Below, one piece after another: positions 27,001-39,000 of a stretch of 64,000 nt of DNA. Each line of letters begins with the position of its first letter. Position 1 is the stretch's first letter. The notes beneath the pieces were generated by a model. That model had not been told where the DNA came from. It did not search any database and saw only the letters and a program-made list of their open reading frames with translations. Position numbers and translations under genes: made by a program. Source of the DNA: Candidatus Omnitrophota bacterium. GTDB lineage: Bacteria > Omnitrophota > Gorgyraeia > Zapsychrales > Fredricksoniimonadaceae. The stretch spans positions 110,463 to 174,462 of the forward strand of contig JAGWOI010000002.1 of NCBI GenBank assembly GCA_028870995.1, written 5' to 3'.

Positions 27001-30000
27001 AGGCTGACAAGGAGCAGGTGGTTTATTTAGGAGATGAGTTCCTTGAAGACGGCAACGACCATGCGGCAGCGGCTCTCGGGATAGGGCTTACCATTAATGT
27101 GGGACATCGGGAGGCGGAAAAAATCCCGGAACCCTTCATCAATTCCACCATATTGGGTCCGAGAGCGGGCATAGAGTATCTGATGATCATCAGGGACGTC
27201 CTGCCCGCCGAGAAAATCTGGAGGCTGTCATGGCTGCGTAAATTTGCGGGAAGCCTGATGATCATCGTGATCTTGACCTTGAGCGCCGCCTCAGTCCAGG
27301 CAGCGGTGATCGATGATCTTATTGCCAGCCAAAATCCCCGCACAGGGATGGTCGTCAGTTATCAGGGGACAACCAACGCTTATAATATCAACCAGGCCTA
27401 TGCTTATGACAATGCCGAAGCGCTCGAGTCCATGCTGTCGGCAGGCAGGACCAACGAAGCCAAAAGATTGTTTTATGCCTTCTTTGATGTTTATAAGGAC
27501 AACGCAGTTAATTTTGACGGTTTCGATAATTCTTACAACGTTACCAATGGCGCTGTGGGCAATGAAAATTACCCGACGGCAGGGCCCAACCTGTATTGGG
27601 GGATCGCAGGCATCGATTATGCCGCAGCGATGCAGGACACCAACGGCATTGTCCTTGCCGAGGCTGTCTTTCATTGGACCCATGGGCTCAGGCATCTCAA
27701 CGGCGCCATTGCCTTCGGCAACAGCGGCATTTGGCCGGGGATTTTCTCGACAGAGCACAGTATCGATAATGTGGGTTTCCTGCGTAAATTCCTGCCGTTG
27801 GCCTCAGGCGTCGAGGCGGCGTCAGCCGAAAACGATCTAAATGCGGCGAGGAACTGGTTAAGCACCACGGCCTTTGACAGGGCAGCGGGCCTTTTCAACA
27901 GCGGCCTCAATGCCGCAGGCATCGACAATACCCGTGCGGCGGATACAACCAGCCTGTCCATTCTTCTTGGGACCGATGAGGTGCGCCGTTGGGGCATGGA
28001 TCCTGATGTGCTTTTTGCCAAAAGCGTTGTTGTTTTTGCCGCAGGAGACCGGGGATTTGATATTTCAGATGCGTTCAATGCCTTGCGCGTGCCGCGTGGC
28101 ATGTATCCCTTCGGCGAATTCACGGCCCAAATGTCCCAGGCGTATGCGTTGATGGCCCAGGATGCTTTGCAGCAAGGGCACGCCGCGCAGGCGGATCTTT
28201 ATGCCGTGGAGGCAGCCCGGTACCTCTATCTTTTGACGGCAACGAACACCTATCCGTATTGTCCCGCCGTTGGTATCCAGGTTTTTTGGAATAATCCTTC
28301 TTTTAAGACCGTTAACGGCAGATCCGCTGCCGTGATGGCAAGGATCGTTCAGTCGGCCGATGGGTATAACCCATTCGATGTGATGCCGTCCTTAAATCTG
28401 ACCGTGGGGATTTCGCAGAAGACCAATATTTTCCTTCAGATCATCCGCAATGATCCGCGGCTGATCAGAGGCGTGGTGCAATATTCGACAAATTTGATCG
28501 ATTGGTTGCCGTTGAGCACCAATAGCCTGTCCTCGCGGACCAATTCCTGGATGGACAAGAATGCCGTCAAACAGCATCCTAAAAAGTTTTACCGCGTCAC
28601 AGCGCCGCAGCCGCTATCGTCCAATAACTCCACCCTTCCTGTGACCATGGCCATGGCAGGAGCGGTTGTTCTCTGGAAGAGGCGAAAGATTTTGACGGCG
28701 CATGCTTATCCGGCCAGGGGAACGGATCGCGGCCCGACGGATCATCGGATAAAATCCGGAGAGGATGATAAGGGGGTGCCGATGGGCCTGGCCACCTTTG
28801 TCCCGACGGACTTGGCAGAAAGATACCGGTTTGCCGCGCAGGCCCATCAGCAGGACTTGGTACGCGAACTGCGGGAAAAATTCGGTGCGTATGGTTTCAC
28901 ACGATTGGTTTATCCGGCGGCGGGCGGCGATCACATGACGGTATTGTCTGCCTTAAGGATCTGGCCGAACATCGAGGAATTGCATTTCATTGACCCCGTG
29001 CTGGATGAGCAGTCGATCAGGCAATGGCAGGACAATCTCGAGACCCAAGGCGGTCTTTGGGGCCTTGCCGACGTGCCGGAGGCGACCTTCATCACCGGGG
29101 ATTATAGAGCTAATCCGCCGCTTGGCCCCACCACGGGACGAACCTTATTTATCGATAAAACTCCCGGACAGAAAGGGTGCTTAAGGCAGGACCCGCAGTG
29201 GGTGAAGGCCCTTTTGAGGGATGCCCGTGCCGGAGACGCCATATTATCGCTGAATATTATTTCGAATCCGGTGTTAAATATCGCTGGTGTACAGCTGGGG
29301 CCGCTGACCTTGCCGCATGACTATGATCATCAACAGCAATGGTGGTTGACCCGATTGCCTGCGGCAGTGGAGAAGAATGGCTATAACGGGTTTAAGTTCA
29401 GGCGGGGATATAACGGACCTGCGGTATTGCCTGGTGTGCTGGATGATAAGTCAAGGCCGTGGCTGCTGGCCCAAGGCTCCTGGGGCAAGGTGGAAAGAAC
29501 ATCAGGATCGAGCCTTACCGAAGAAGAACTGGCGGAAATCAATGCCCAATTGACCAGGCAGAGACAGGCCCTGCTGCAGGATGCCGTATTCCGGGAGTCA
29601 CAACTGTGCATCGTTTCGCCAGCCCGTACTGCCGCCCACTTTGAAACCCGCGGCAGGCAAGTGCCCCGCATCGCTCTCGACACCCGGACCTTTATCAATC
29701 CTGATCTCTTGCGGATAGTTCTAAGTCATGAATTCAAGGATTTATATTACCAGGCAAAGTATCCCCAAATCCCCATGATCGTCAGGGAAATGCTCAGTCA
29801 TCTGACGGTTGATGTCCGGGAATTCATGGCGCTGGTGACCAAAGACCGCCGCCGGGCCCGAAAACTCCTCGAGGATTACCGCCAATTAGCCGATGTCAAC
29901 GGCATGTACAGGATCTATTCCCTTATTTACAACAACCGCTATGAAGGGCCGCTGGGCCTGGCCGGGGAGGTTTATTACATGCTGACCCGTGAGCCGCTTT

Positions 30001-33000
30001 ATTTCCAGAGCCAGCGTGAAGCCATGGCCAAACTTTCCCTCTCCCAGGTGCTGGCGCATGAAATTTTCAAGAAGGAAATCCAGGCCGGGAGCATACGATT
30101 CAATGACCAAGACCAGGGAGAGATGGGCTTTACAAAGGATATACCCGTTACCGAAAGACCGCGTAAAGCATTCTCTTGGGGCAGGCCATGGCAGGAGCCT
30201 GAAGGACGCCAGATGGATCTGGGCCTGGATATTAAATCTTTTACAGGGTTCTTGCTTCTTATGGCCGCAAGCCTTTCGTTGACCGGCTGCAGCAGTCATC
30301 ACGCAGCAGCCGCTGTGGCCGACCTTGCGGCGGGCGTCATGATGGCCGTCGCAGGGACCCTGTTTTCCATGACGGTCTTGCTGCGTCCCCAATCCCGCTT
30401 TATGAAATGGCTGCTGACCGTATCAACCACACGTTGGCACGACCGGTTTAAGATGAGGTTGTTTGAATGGATTTCCCTGGGCCTGCCTTCCATCAAAAAA
30501 CATTTGCAGATCAACATCGTTTTGCCTGGCTCCGCGTCTTTAAGAGCAAACCATGCTGTTTCGCTGCCGCCGGACGTGGCCATGAAAACGCTGGCCATGA
30601 AAGAATCCCAGGAAAATATTTTGCGGATACAACAAAAAGGCTGGGCCCTGAATAATTTTACGGGAGTGCTCCATCCGCAGAATCCTCAAATGCAGCGGGG
30701 ATTGGAATCAGCGACAGCTGGAGATCTGCAGGGCGAGGGGAATCAATACATGCCCGGGACGGCCGAGGCACCGGTGGTTTTGACCTTTGACGGGAAAAAG
30801 ATATGGCAACGCCTGCCATTAAACGGACGTTCAGAGCTTGCACCGGGCAGCGTTGTTTATGCCGTTTGGCATCACCCGAAAGACCCGAATCAATACATGG
30901 AAGGCGTTTTGTCCTTGCAAGATGACAGCCGGAATAAGGTCATCCCCAGGGTACATGAGGGCAGTTGGGAAATCCTCACCGCCCATGACCACCAGGACTA
31001 TGTGAGACTGCGCCCCAACTTGCTGGCCGTGGTTCCGGTCACCGACGTCTACCATAGACAGAGACAGGCGGTGGGTGCTTTTCAAGGAAGCCACGGAGTA
31101 TTTTTGTTGGGGCCTGGCCTGGATCGCCGGGAAGCACTGGAGCGCATGACCAGGGGGCTGGTCCTGGCGGGAATCCTCGGTGAGAGCGGCAAGCTGATTG
31201 TCAGCAGCCGCCGGCAAAGCGACAACACCGACATATCCACTATCCAGGAGGCGGCACTGGCCTGTGCCGGCACCGTAAGGCAAAAGGAAATTTTCACTAT
31301 TGGCCGTAACGGCGACACCATATCCGGAAACGGCGCCGGGCCCATTAAAGGCCTGTGGGTTTGGTTCAACAATCCGCATGCGCGTAAGATTTATTTCGAA
31401 GGCAAGAGAATCGATTCGTTGAGAATTTGCCTGTTCGGCTTTCCGGGCGAACCCCTGGCCCACCTGGTTTCCGGCGCCTACAGCCAGTTTTCCGTTACAG
31501 GGCTTATCGGCCTCTCGGATGCCGACGGTTCCTTCAGCGAACTGGCGGCAACTCAGGCCGGAAGGCTTTCTTCCGGACTTTGCCAGGTTCTGGCCCAACG
31601 GCCCATTCCTTTAAAACCCGAAGGGTTAATAAACCTGTTGGAACGCTACAAGCAGGCGGTCGATTATTATGCCTCCCAAGGCGGACGGTTGGGCGACGCC
31701 TTAAAGCAGGCGGATGCCGTTATCGCGGGAGGGAAACAGGGATCCTTCAGCCGCGATTACGCGGAGAAATTCGCCGGGTACATTGTTGTCGAGTCATCGC
31801 CCGGCGCTATCACGGCGGAGGCCAGGGACCATTTGCTGGCCAAGGGCATTTTTGTATTGGGTAACTCTGTCGTTGAGATCGGGCCGTCCCTGGCAGCCAA
31901 AACAGGGTATATCAGCGCCAAAAAAGGGACAGCGGCTCCCCCCGAAATGCTTTTGCAGGACAGGATGTTCTTTGAAATGATGGTCCGGCTCATGAACGAC
32001 CTTGAAGCTGCCGCCAGGAAGTTTGATAAGACACCGACGGAATTTGGGCAAGCCTATCAGGACATCGTTCTTCAGGGGGAAGAGTCTTTTAATAAGACAA
32101 TAACCCAGTTGAGCGGGGCTTCGGTCGCCGCCTTGCGGTCGCTGGCTTTGGTCAAAGGCGATGCTCCGCTATGGAATAACCGGACCTACGAGGCGCTTTT
32201 GGCCCTGCGCCGGTGGGACGTGCTCGATCAGTCCATGCAAACCCTGGCTGCCGTCCGCCAGAGGATAAAGATCCTGGTCGGGGAGCAGCGGGAAGGCATA
32301 GTGTTTGTTGATCTGGCCGCGGCCCGGGAAGATGAAGCCAAGATCGAAAAAAGGATCCCTGAAGAAAAGAAAGATTATGAAAAAGACCTTAATGGACTGC
32401 CTCCTTCCCTGCGGTCAGGGTTTGAGACGTTCCTGGCCGGGATCAAGGGGACACCGGAATTAAGGGTCTTGAAGCGTCTGGCCTACAATATTTTTATCGT
32501 GAACCTGCCGTTTAACCTGGCGTTCCACTTCGCTGTTTATGACGAGGCCTACCGCGGCAGGCTGTTGTCCTACCGTTCTCAAGATCAATGGATGGAACTT
32601 TTAATGCGCTGTTCTCAGGAAACCAAACCGTTGGATACCATTAATGCCATCTTTGCCCTCTCTCACCTGGAGCTTCCGCCGGCCATAAGGGGAGAGATCG
32701 TTTCCATGATGGACCAGATGTTCTCCTTGAGCCTGAGGGCTGATCCGGTCAGCAAAAGCCTTTCGACCAGCGCCTTAAAGACATTAAGCGTTTCCCAAGC
32801 CATCGTGGTGACCAACAAGGAAAGGACAGAGCGCCTCCTTAACGCGGTTTGCATGATGGCTCTGGAAAGGATGAACATTACCTCGGCGGGTGACACGCTC
32901 CTCAATCAGATGGCCAATTACAGCCAAATGGATGTGACCGTGCAGAAGTGGTTTGAATTTGCGTTGAGCCAGTATAGTCCGCCCTGGCGGGAGCTTTATG

Positions 33001-36000
33001 ATGAGGCGTACGAAAAGATCGAGCGCTGGCGCGGCTATTTCAGGATGCAGGGCTGGCTTGACGATGAAGGGTTCCATCCTGAGAAGGCGGCGCATGGGAG
33101 CAAAATACAGTCAGATTTTGTCACGGCGGCCGGCGATTTCCGTTCCTGTGCGGTCTTAAGCGAGATGTGGGCCCGGACCCTGGAAGAGCACGCCGGAACT
33201 CCCGAATGCCCGGAAAGGACGCGAAAACACCTGTTGGAATCGGCCCAGGCCCTCAAGAGGCAAAAGCAGCGGCACTATGAATTTGCCGCACGCCTGGCCG
33301 ATGCTTCACGCCTGGAAGGGACCGTGCTGGCCATGTTTCGCCCCAAAGAGGCCTGGCCGCTTTGGATGAAGGCCGGGGACATGCGCCAGGCGCGTCTGGC
33401 CCTCTCTTCCATGATTTCCTGGCGCGAGGCAGGCAAACGTTGTGCCAAACAAGAGGTGCCGGACGGCCAGGCCCCTTGTCTGGTCAACCTGGCGCAATAT
33501 GTCACAAGGCCCAACGTGCTTACGCATACTTTTATGGGCATCTTCATGACCAACAGCCTGACACAGAACCATCAAACTGATATGGCCGAGGTTTACGATA
33601 CATCTTTTGATTTGGGAAGCACGCTGTCACGGTATGTCAATGAGCACCGCGAATTCATGGAAGGGGTCATCACGCGCGAATCGTTGAATAAGCTCGGCGC
33701 AGAGGCGTTCCTGCAATTGACCGACGGGCAGAATGGCCTTCTAAAGGCGGTTTCACCCGGCCTGCTGCGTTTCCGCAAGGAAATGAACCAGGTCTCTCTG
33801 GGACAAATGCGTGAGGTCTTTGGCGGCCAATATGAAGACGTCCTGGCAGCTTTGAACCAAAAGCAGGCGTCCTTGACCCTGGAAGAAAAGACACCTGTCG
33901 CCCGGGCCATTATCGCGGACTTTGCCGCCTCTTCGCACCGGCTGGCCCTGCTGAACAACAGCATTTATCTTGAGCACGAACGCCTGTATGTGTGGGTCCT
34001 TCTTAGTGTTTTCGGGCTCTATTTTACCGATGAGAGGATGGACCGTTTTGTGCGCAACATGGTCGTCAGCGGCCAAGGCGGGGGCATTTCGGGGCAGGAC
34101 ATGCAGGCCCATGTGGCTGCCGTCGAAAAAACGATGGACCTGGAGCTGGGCAGGAGCCAGGCCTTTATGACGGCCGGGACCGAAGCCATGAGGCTGTGGC
34201 TCTCGAGCAAGGTCCATGAAATCAAACAGGGATTCAGCTGCGGGATGGGGACGGTTGAGGGCAACAGCATGAGCAAGCAAGCTGAACACCTGACCCGCCA
34301 GGCACTAAGCGACGGGAAATTGGTAAGATTCAATGAATTCAAGCCTGCGACTCCGGGGCCTTATGACCCCCTCGCTGCCGCACTTCTGGAAGACGAGCGG
34401 GTGCGGCTATTTATCCCCGCTGTGAGCCTTGATGGCCGCGGCCCGCCGTATCTTTGGTTTAAATCAAAAGAACATTTCCTGGTTTCCTGTGTCCTGGACG
34501 GCCATATCATAGTTCCTGTAGGCCTTCTGGATAATCCGCATTTACTGGAAGTTTTGCGTTTTGAGATGGCCAATCTTATTTCCGGTGAAGAGACCGTCCG
34601 GGAATCTGCGCTGTTGGCAAGCAAGGTTTTATCATCCGCGGCCGGTGATTTCACCGGCAGGACTGATTTGGACCGGCGGATCATCCAGCGTGTCCGGCAG
34701 TTGGAACGAAATTTTCGGCGTCAAAAGGCGGCTGACGCCAATACGCCAACCATCTTGAACTATATTTTCTCGCGGACCCGTTATAAGAAGGGCCGTTTTG
34801 TCGTCCATCCTCTTGAAAAATTAAAGGGACATACCCGCACGCACCGCCTCCGAGGTTCTGATTCAAGCCCGAGGCCGTACATGCCGGGCGAGGCGATTGA
34901 GTTTCTGGAAGAGGAGATCATTGCGCGTCTTCAGATTTTGGGCATGGAGGCGGACATCGTGGTGAATGCCAATCCGGCGGCCGAAGGCCATTTTATGATC
35001 ATGCCCCGGCGCGGCGCGCATTTGCCCCAGTATCTTGACAGCCCCGAATACTTGAAGGCGGCTTTAACTATTTTAAGATCTTCACGGCGTAAAAATTTAA
35101 AGATCACGTTCGGCAGTAAGTACACGGCTTCCATCGACCACCTGCATTTTAATGCTTTTTATTATGGCGGGGCCGGGTTGGGGCTGGGTTTATTCTGGCC
35201 TTTGTTTAACGCGGGCAAGCTTCCTGCGGAGAAGGCGGCCCGGCAGGTTTTATTTGAACGCCGGACAGTGACAGTCATGGGCCTGGAAGATTATCCGGTC
35301 AAGGGTCTTGTCTTTTCATCGCAGGACGACGCTGCCCTGACCGAGGAGATATTTAACTATATTCAAATCCTGAACCGTCGCAAGATCGCCTATAACCTGT
35401 TGATGACGAAAAGCGGCACCTATGTATTTGTCATGAACGGCAACCGGGTCAACCGGTTCCACATGAAGATCACCTCCATTGCCGTGGCCGGAGAATATAC
35501 GATGCGGTCCCATCACAGGCGAGGCCTGATGGAGAAGGACATTGCCGGGGATTTAATGGGCTTTTCCGTTGACGGCAAAACGTTCGATGAAACGGCCGAA
35601 GAGCTGGCCCATGGACCCCAAGACCGCACGTTTAAAAGACGCGTTGATTTGAAATTCCTGGTCACTGAAGAAGAGGCCCAAAGGTTCCGCGGCGTTATTT
35701 TAGCCCAGGGAATGTTGCTGGATGAATACTGTGCAAGGGGGCCTTATTTTATTGACAGTGTTTATTGGGACAGCCCTGAGTGGCGGCTTTGGCATGAGGA
35801 AGACGGAGGGAACGCGGGTGTTCCCAAGTTGAGGATGCGTTCCTATGATTCAAGGCATGTTTTATTTTTTGAGATCAACGAACGCAGCCAGGCGAACGTT
35901 AAAACAAAACAACGCACGCCGGTGACACCCGCGGGGGCGCGGGCTGTCTTTAACGGCGAACTGCCGGGCGATGATGATATTTTGGCCGAAGACAAGGCCC

Positions 36001-39000
36001 AGGGACGGGCGGCGCTGGGAGTGTTTGTGCAATTGGTTAAAGAGAAGGCTCTTGAGCCCAGGGTCCGGATTTCTTATCTGAGGGAGGCCTATTTATCGGC
36101 GGATGATGCCTTAAGGATAAGTTTTGACCGCCGGGTGAGCGCTGCCTTTGAAAAAGAACCTTTGGCTGCTGCGGAGCCGGGAACCCTGGTGGACATCTAC
36201 AGCCCCAAGGTCGTGGTGGAGATTAAATTTAAAGAGGAGCTTCCAGAGTGGGTTTCTTCGCAAATAACACGGCCGTTAAATTTAGCGCCCCAAGAAGTGC
36301 ATAAATTTTTGGACGCGGTGAGAAAATTACGCGCAGATCCTGCGCCGCTCGCCCTGCTCCTTCCCACTGCAGAGAATAAGAGCGATCTGGCTGTCCTGCT
36401 GTCCTTAAAGGATTCAAGGGCCCTGCTCGAGTTTTTATACGAGAAAGCCCGTCAAGAGAGGGACATCATCATGAGGGAAGGGTCATCGGGCCTTGCCCTG
36501 CGCCACACGGAGGCTTTCGACGGAAAAAAATGGGTTGTGACCACACCCGCGCAGCGGCTGGCGATGATGTATGAAATGGACAGGTGGAACGATCCTGTGG
36601 AGGACCACGTCCAATGGCAGATGAATGTCTTTGGCCCCATTCTTGATGAATGGGCGGAAGGCAAATTCGGCAGCCGCGGAGAAGGAAATTTTGCCGAACT
36701 CATGACCCTGGGAACAAGATGGACTCCGGAGATCAGCGGTCAAATGATAAGGCTGCAGGAGCTTTTGGAGAAGGCCGTAGAGGCGGATGAAGCGCAGAGA
36801 CGGAGATTCGAAGATTTGCTGGCCTATGTGCAATTAGAACGCAAACAAGGGGACGGCTTCCTCGATCTCGATGATCCCGCAGCCAGATTCGATGAAGAGC
36901 TGGATATTTCCGTGGCGGCGGACAGGGTTTTAGAAAGTTTTCTGGCCTCTGTCCAAAACCCTCACGCCATCGGAGAGGTTGTGGACATATATGATGAAAT
37001 TGATTTCATGAACCACCCGTCCTTGCGCGCCTATATCCAAAAACTTGTCAGTGGCGCCTTACAATTGACCCGGCGGCGTCCTGGGCGAGCCCCAATACAT
37101 CCGTCTGACAGCAAAGACCATGCCGCCAATGGTGCGACCCGAACACAAGTTGTCAAAGAATTGATGCGGTTGAGGGGGCTGCCGCCGGGCTGGAGGTGGA
37201 ACAAAATACCTTCAGGCGGCAAGGAAATCGACAAGGGCGTCAAGCTGTACCTGCAGTTGACCGGGAAAAAACGATTGGCCCCTTCCTGTGAAGTCATTTT
37301 TCTGCGCGCGCCTCCCCAAAGCCGTTACAGAGCATTTTGGCTGGACGAATTCCCCGGGCATATCGATATTTATTTAAGGCAGGACGCCACCGGCTGGGAC
37401 GTGGCCCACGAATTACTGGCGGCCTTTGAGAACACCACCCACTCACAAAATGAATTCTTCTGCAACGATGGCCATTCGATGGCATATCGGCGGCTTGTCT
37501 TTGATATCCTTCGTCCGTATGTATCCCGCTGTCCCGTTGATCACAGTGCCGCAACAATTGAACTCCAACTCAATACACTCAAGATGCAGGCCAAGGCTTT
37601 GCTGGCGCATCGTGAAAATCCCGGCAACGAGCACTGGAGCAAATTTTTACTGGCGGTGACCCAATATCTCAGGACTGATCCATATGATTTTGTTCTCTAT
37701 CTGATGCAGAAAGATCCCCAGCAGGCATTGTCGGGGAAAGCCGGGGATACGCCCAAGGTATTTTTGGCAAGAGTCCTGGCAAATGTCGCTGACAGGCTTG
37801 CTGTTTTGATCGTCCGTTACCGGGACCTGTCAAACCGCTTTCTCTATGGCAGCCTCAAAGCGGAAGAGAAAGAACACCTTTTCAGCCTGGCCGCAAACAT
37901 CCTTGATTATGCACCGCCAACGGAAGAGGAAACTCCTGTCCCAGAGGCCTTTCAGGTCCCATCCAAGGCACAGATTCAGGGGGCGGCTGTAAAGCTAGAA
38001 AAAGAAATATGGGATCTGATGGCCAGGCCGTTGAATGAAAAGGCTTACGGCAGGATGGTCCTCCTTTATCAGCAATCGGAAGAATTGAGAAAGCCGTTGA
38101 AAATGCCGCCGGAGTCTAGGGCGCTGCCTGCCTGGGTCAACATTCGAAAATTGCTAGAGGAAGACGATATCATCCCGGCCCTTGACCTCATGCTTTTGCC
38201 CGAGGCAGCTTTAAGTAAAACCAAAACGCAAAAAATGAAGGCGGTATGGGATGAGGCGGCTGAAAGAGTTATTGCTAAGTCGGATAGCCTGACCAAGGCC
38301 AACCGTAAGAAGGAAGCGCGCGAGATTTTACAAAAGGCAGAACGACTGTTGGTTTCCACCGAAGTTTATCCGGTTTACCAAAATCTTGCCCAAGAACTGC
38401 TTGCTCTCATCAATCAAAAACATCCCAGCGCCTTGAAGGCGCAGAGACTGCTGGAGGAGCACGCCGCTTATTGGTCAGATAACCGTATTGCCAAACAATT
38501 CCTCGAGGCCATGGCCGCCGAACGGCCGTATGGGAACATGGATAAGCTGCCCAAGCAATTGGCCCATATGTCGGGCTACCTGGTGGGGGAATTGGAAGGA
38601 TTAATTGCAGAATATGAGAAACTTTACCGCCCCTTGAGCATGACGCCGGAAAGCCAGAAGCAGTTCAAGATTTGGCAGGCCGAACACCCGGATCCGGGCG
38701 ACGAAGAATTGTGGGAAGAGCTGTACGGCCTGGCCCTGGTGGAAGAAAAAGATCTGCCTTACTCAAGCCGCGATCATTATGAGGTGCTTGAAAAAGTCTT
38801 TGAAACGCATCCCAAGGTTTTGAACGCTCAAACAGGTCAATCAGAGGATTTCGACGAGCAAAAGCACGGCAGGGACCTGGGGGGCGGTATTTATTTGCGG
38901 CTCATGAAGTACAGCATGGCCCATGATAGCGTTCTGCGCCTACTGATGCAGGGAACAAGGGGTCCTGCTTGTTCTCCCGACATCTCGCTGTTCCTTTGGT

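Noticed and set aside
28850-29260. SAM-dependent methyltransferase domain in the giant ORF (LVYPAAGGD..HFIDP)
   Set aside because: Only one motif-I-like segment is visible, which is insufficient for a call without a profile search.
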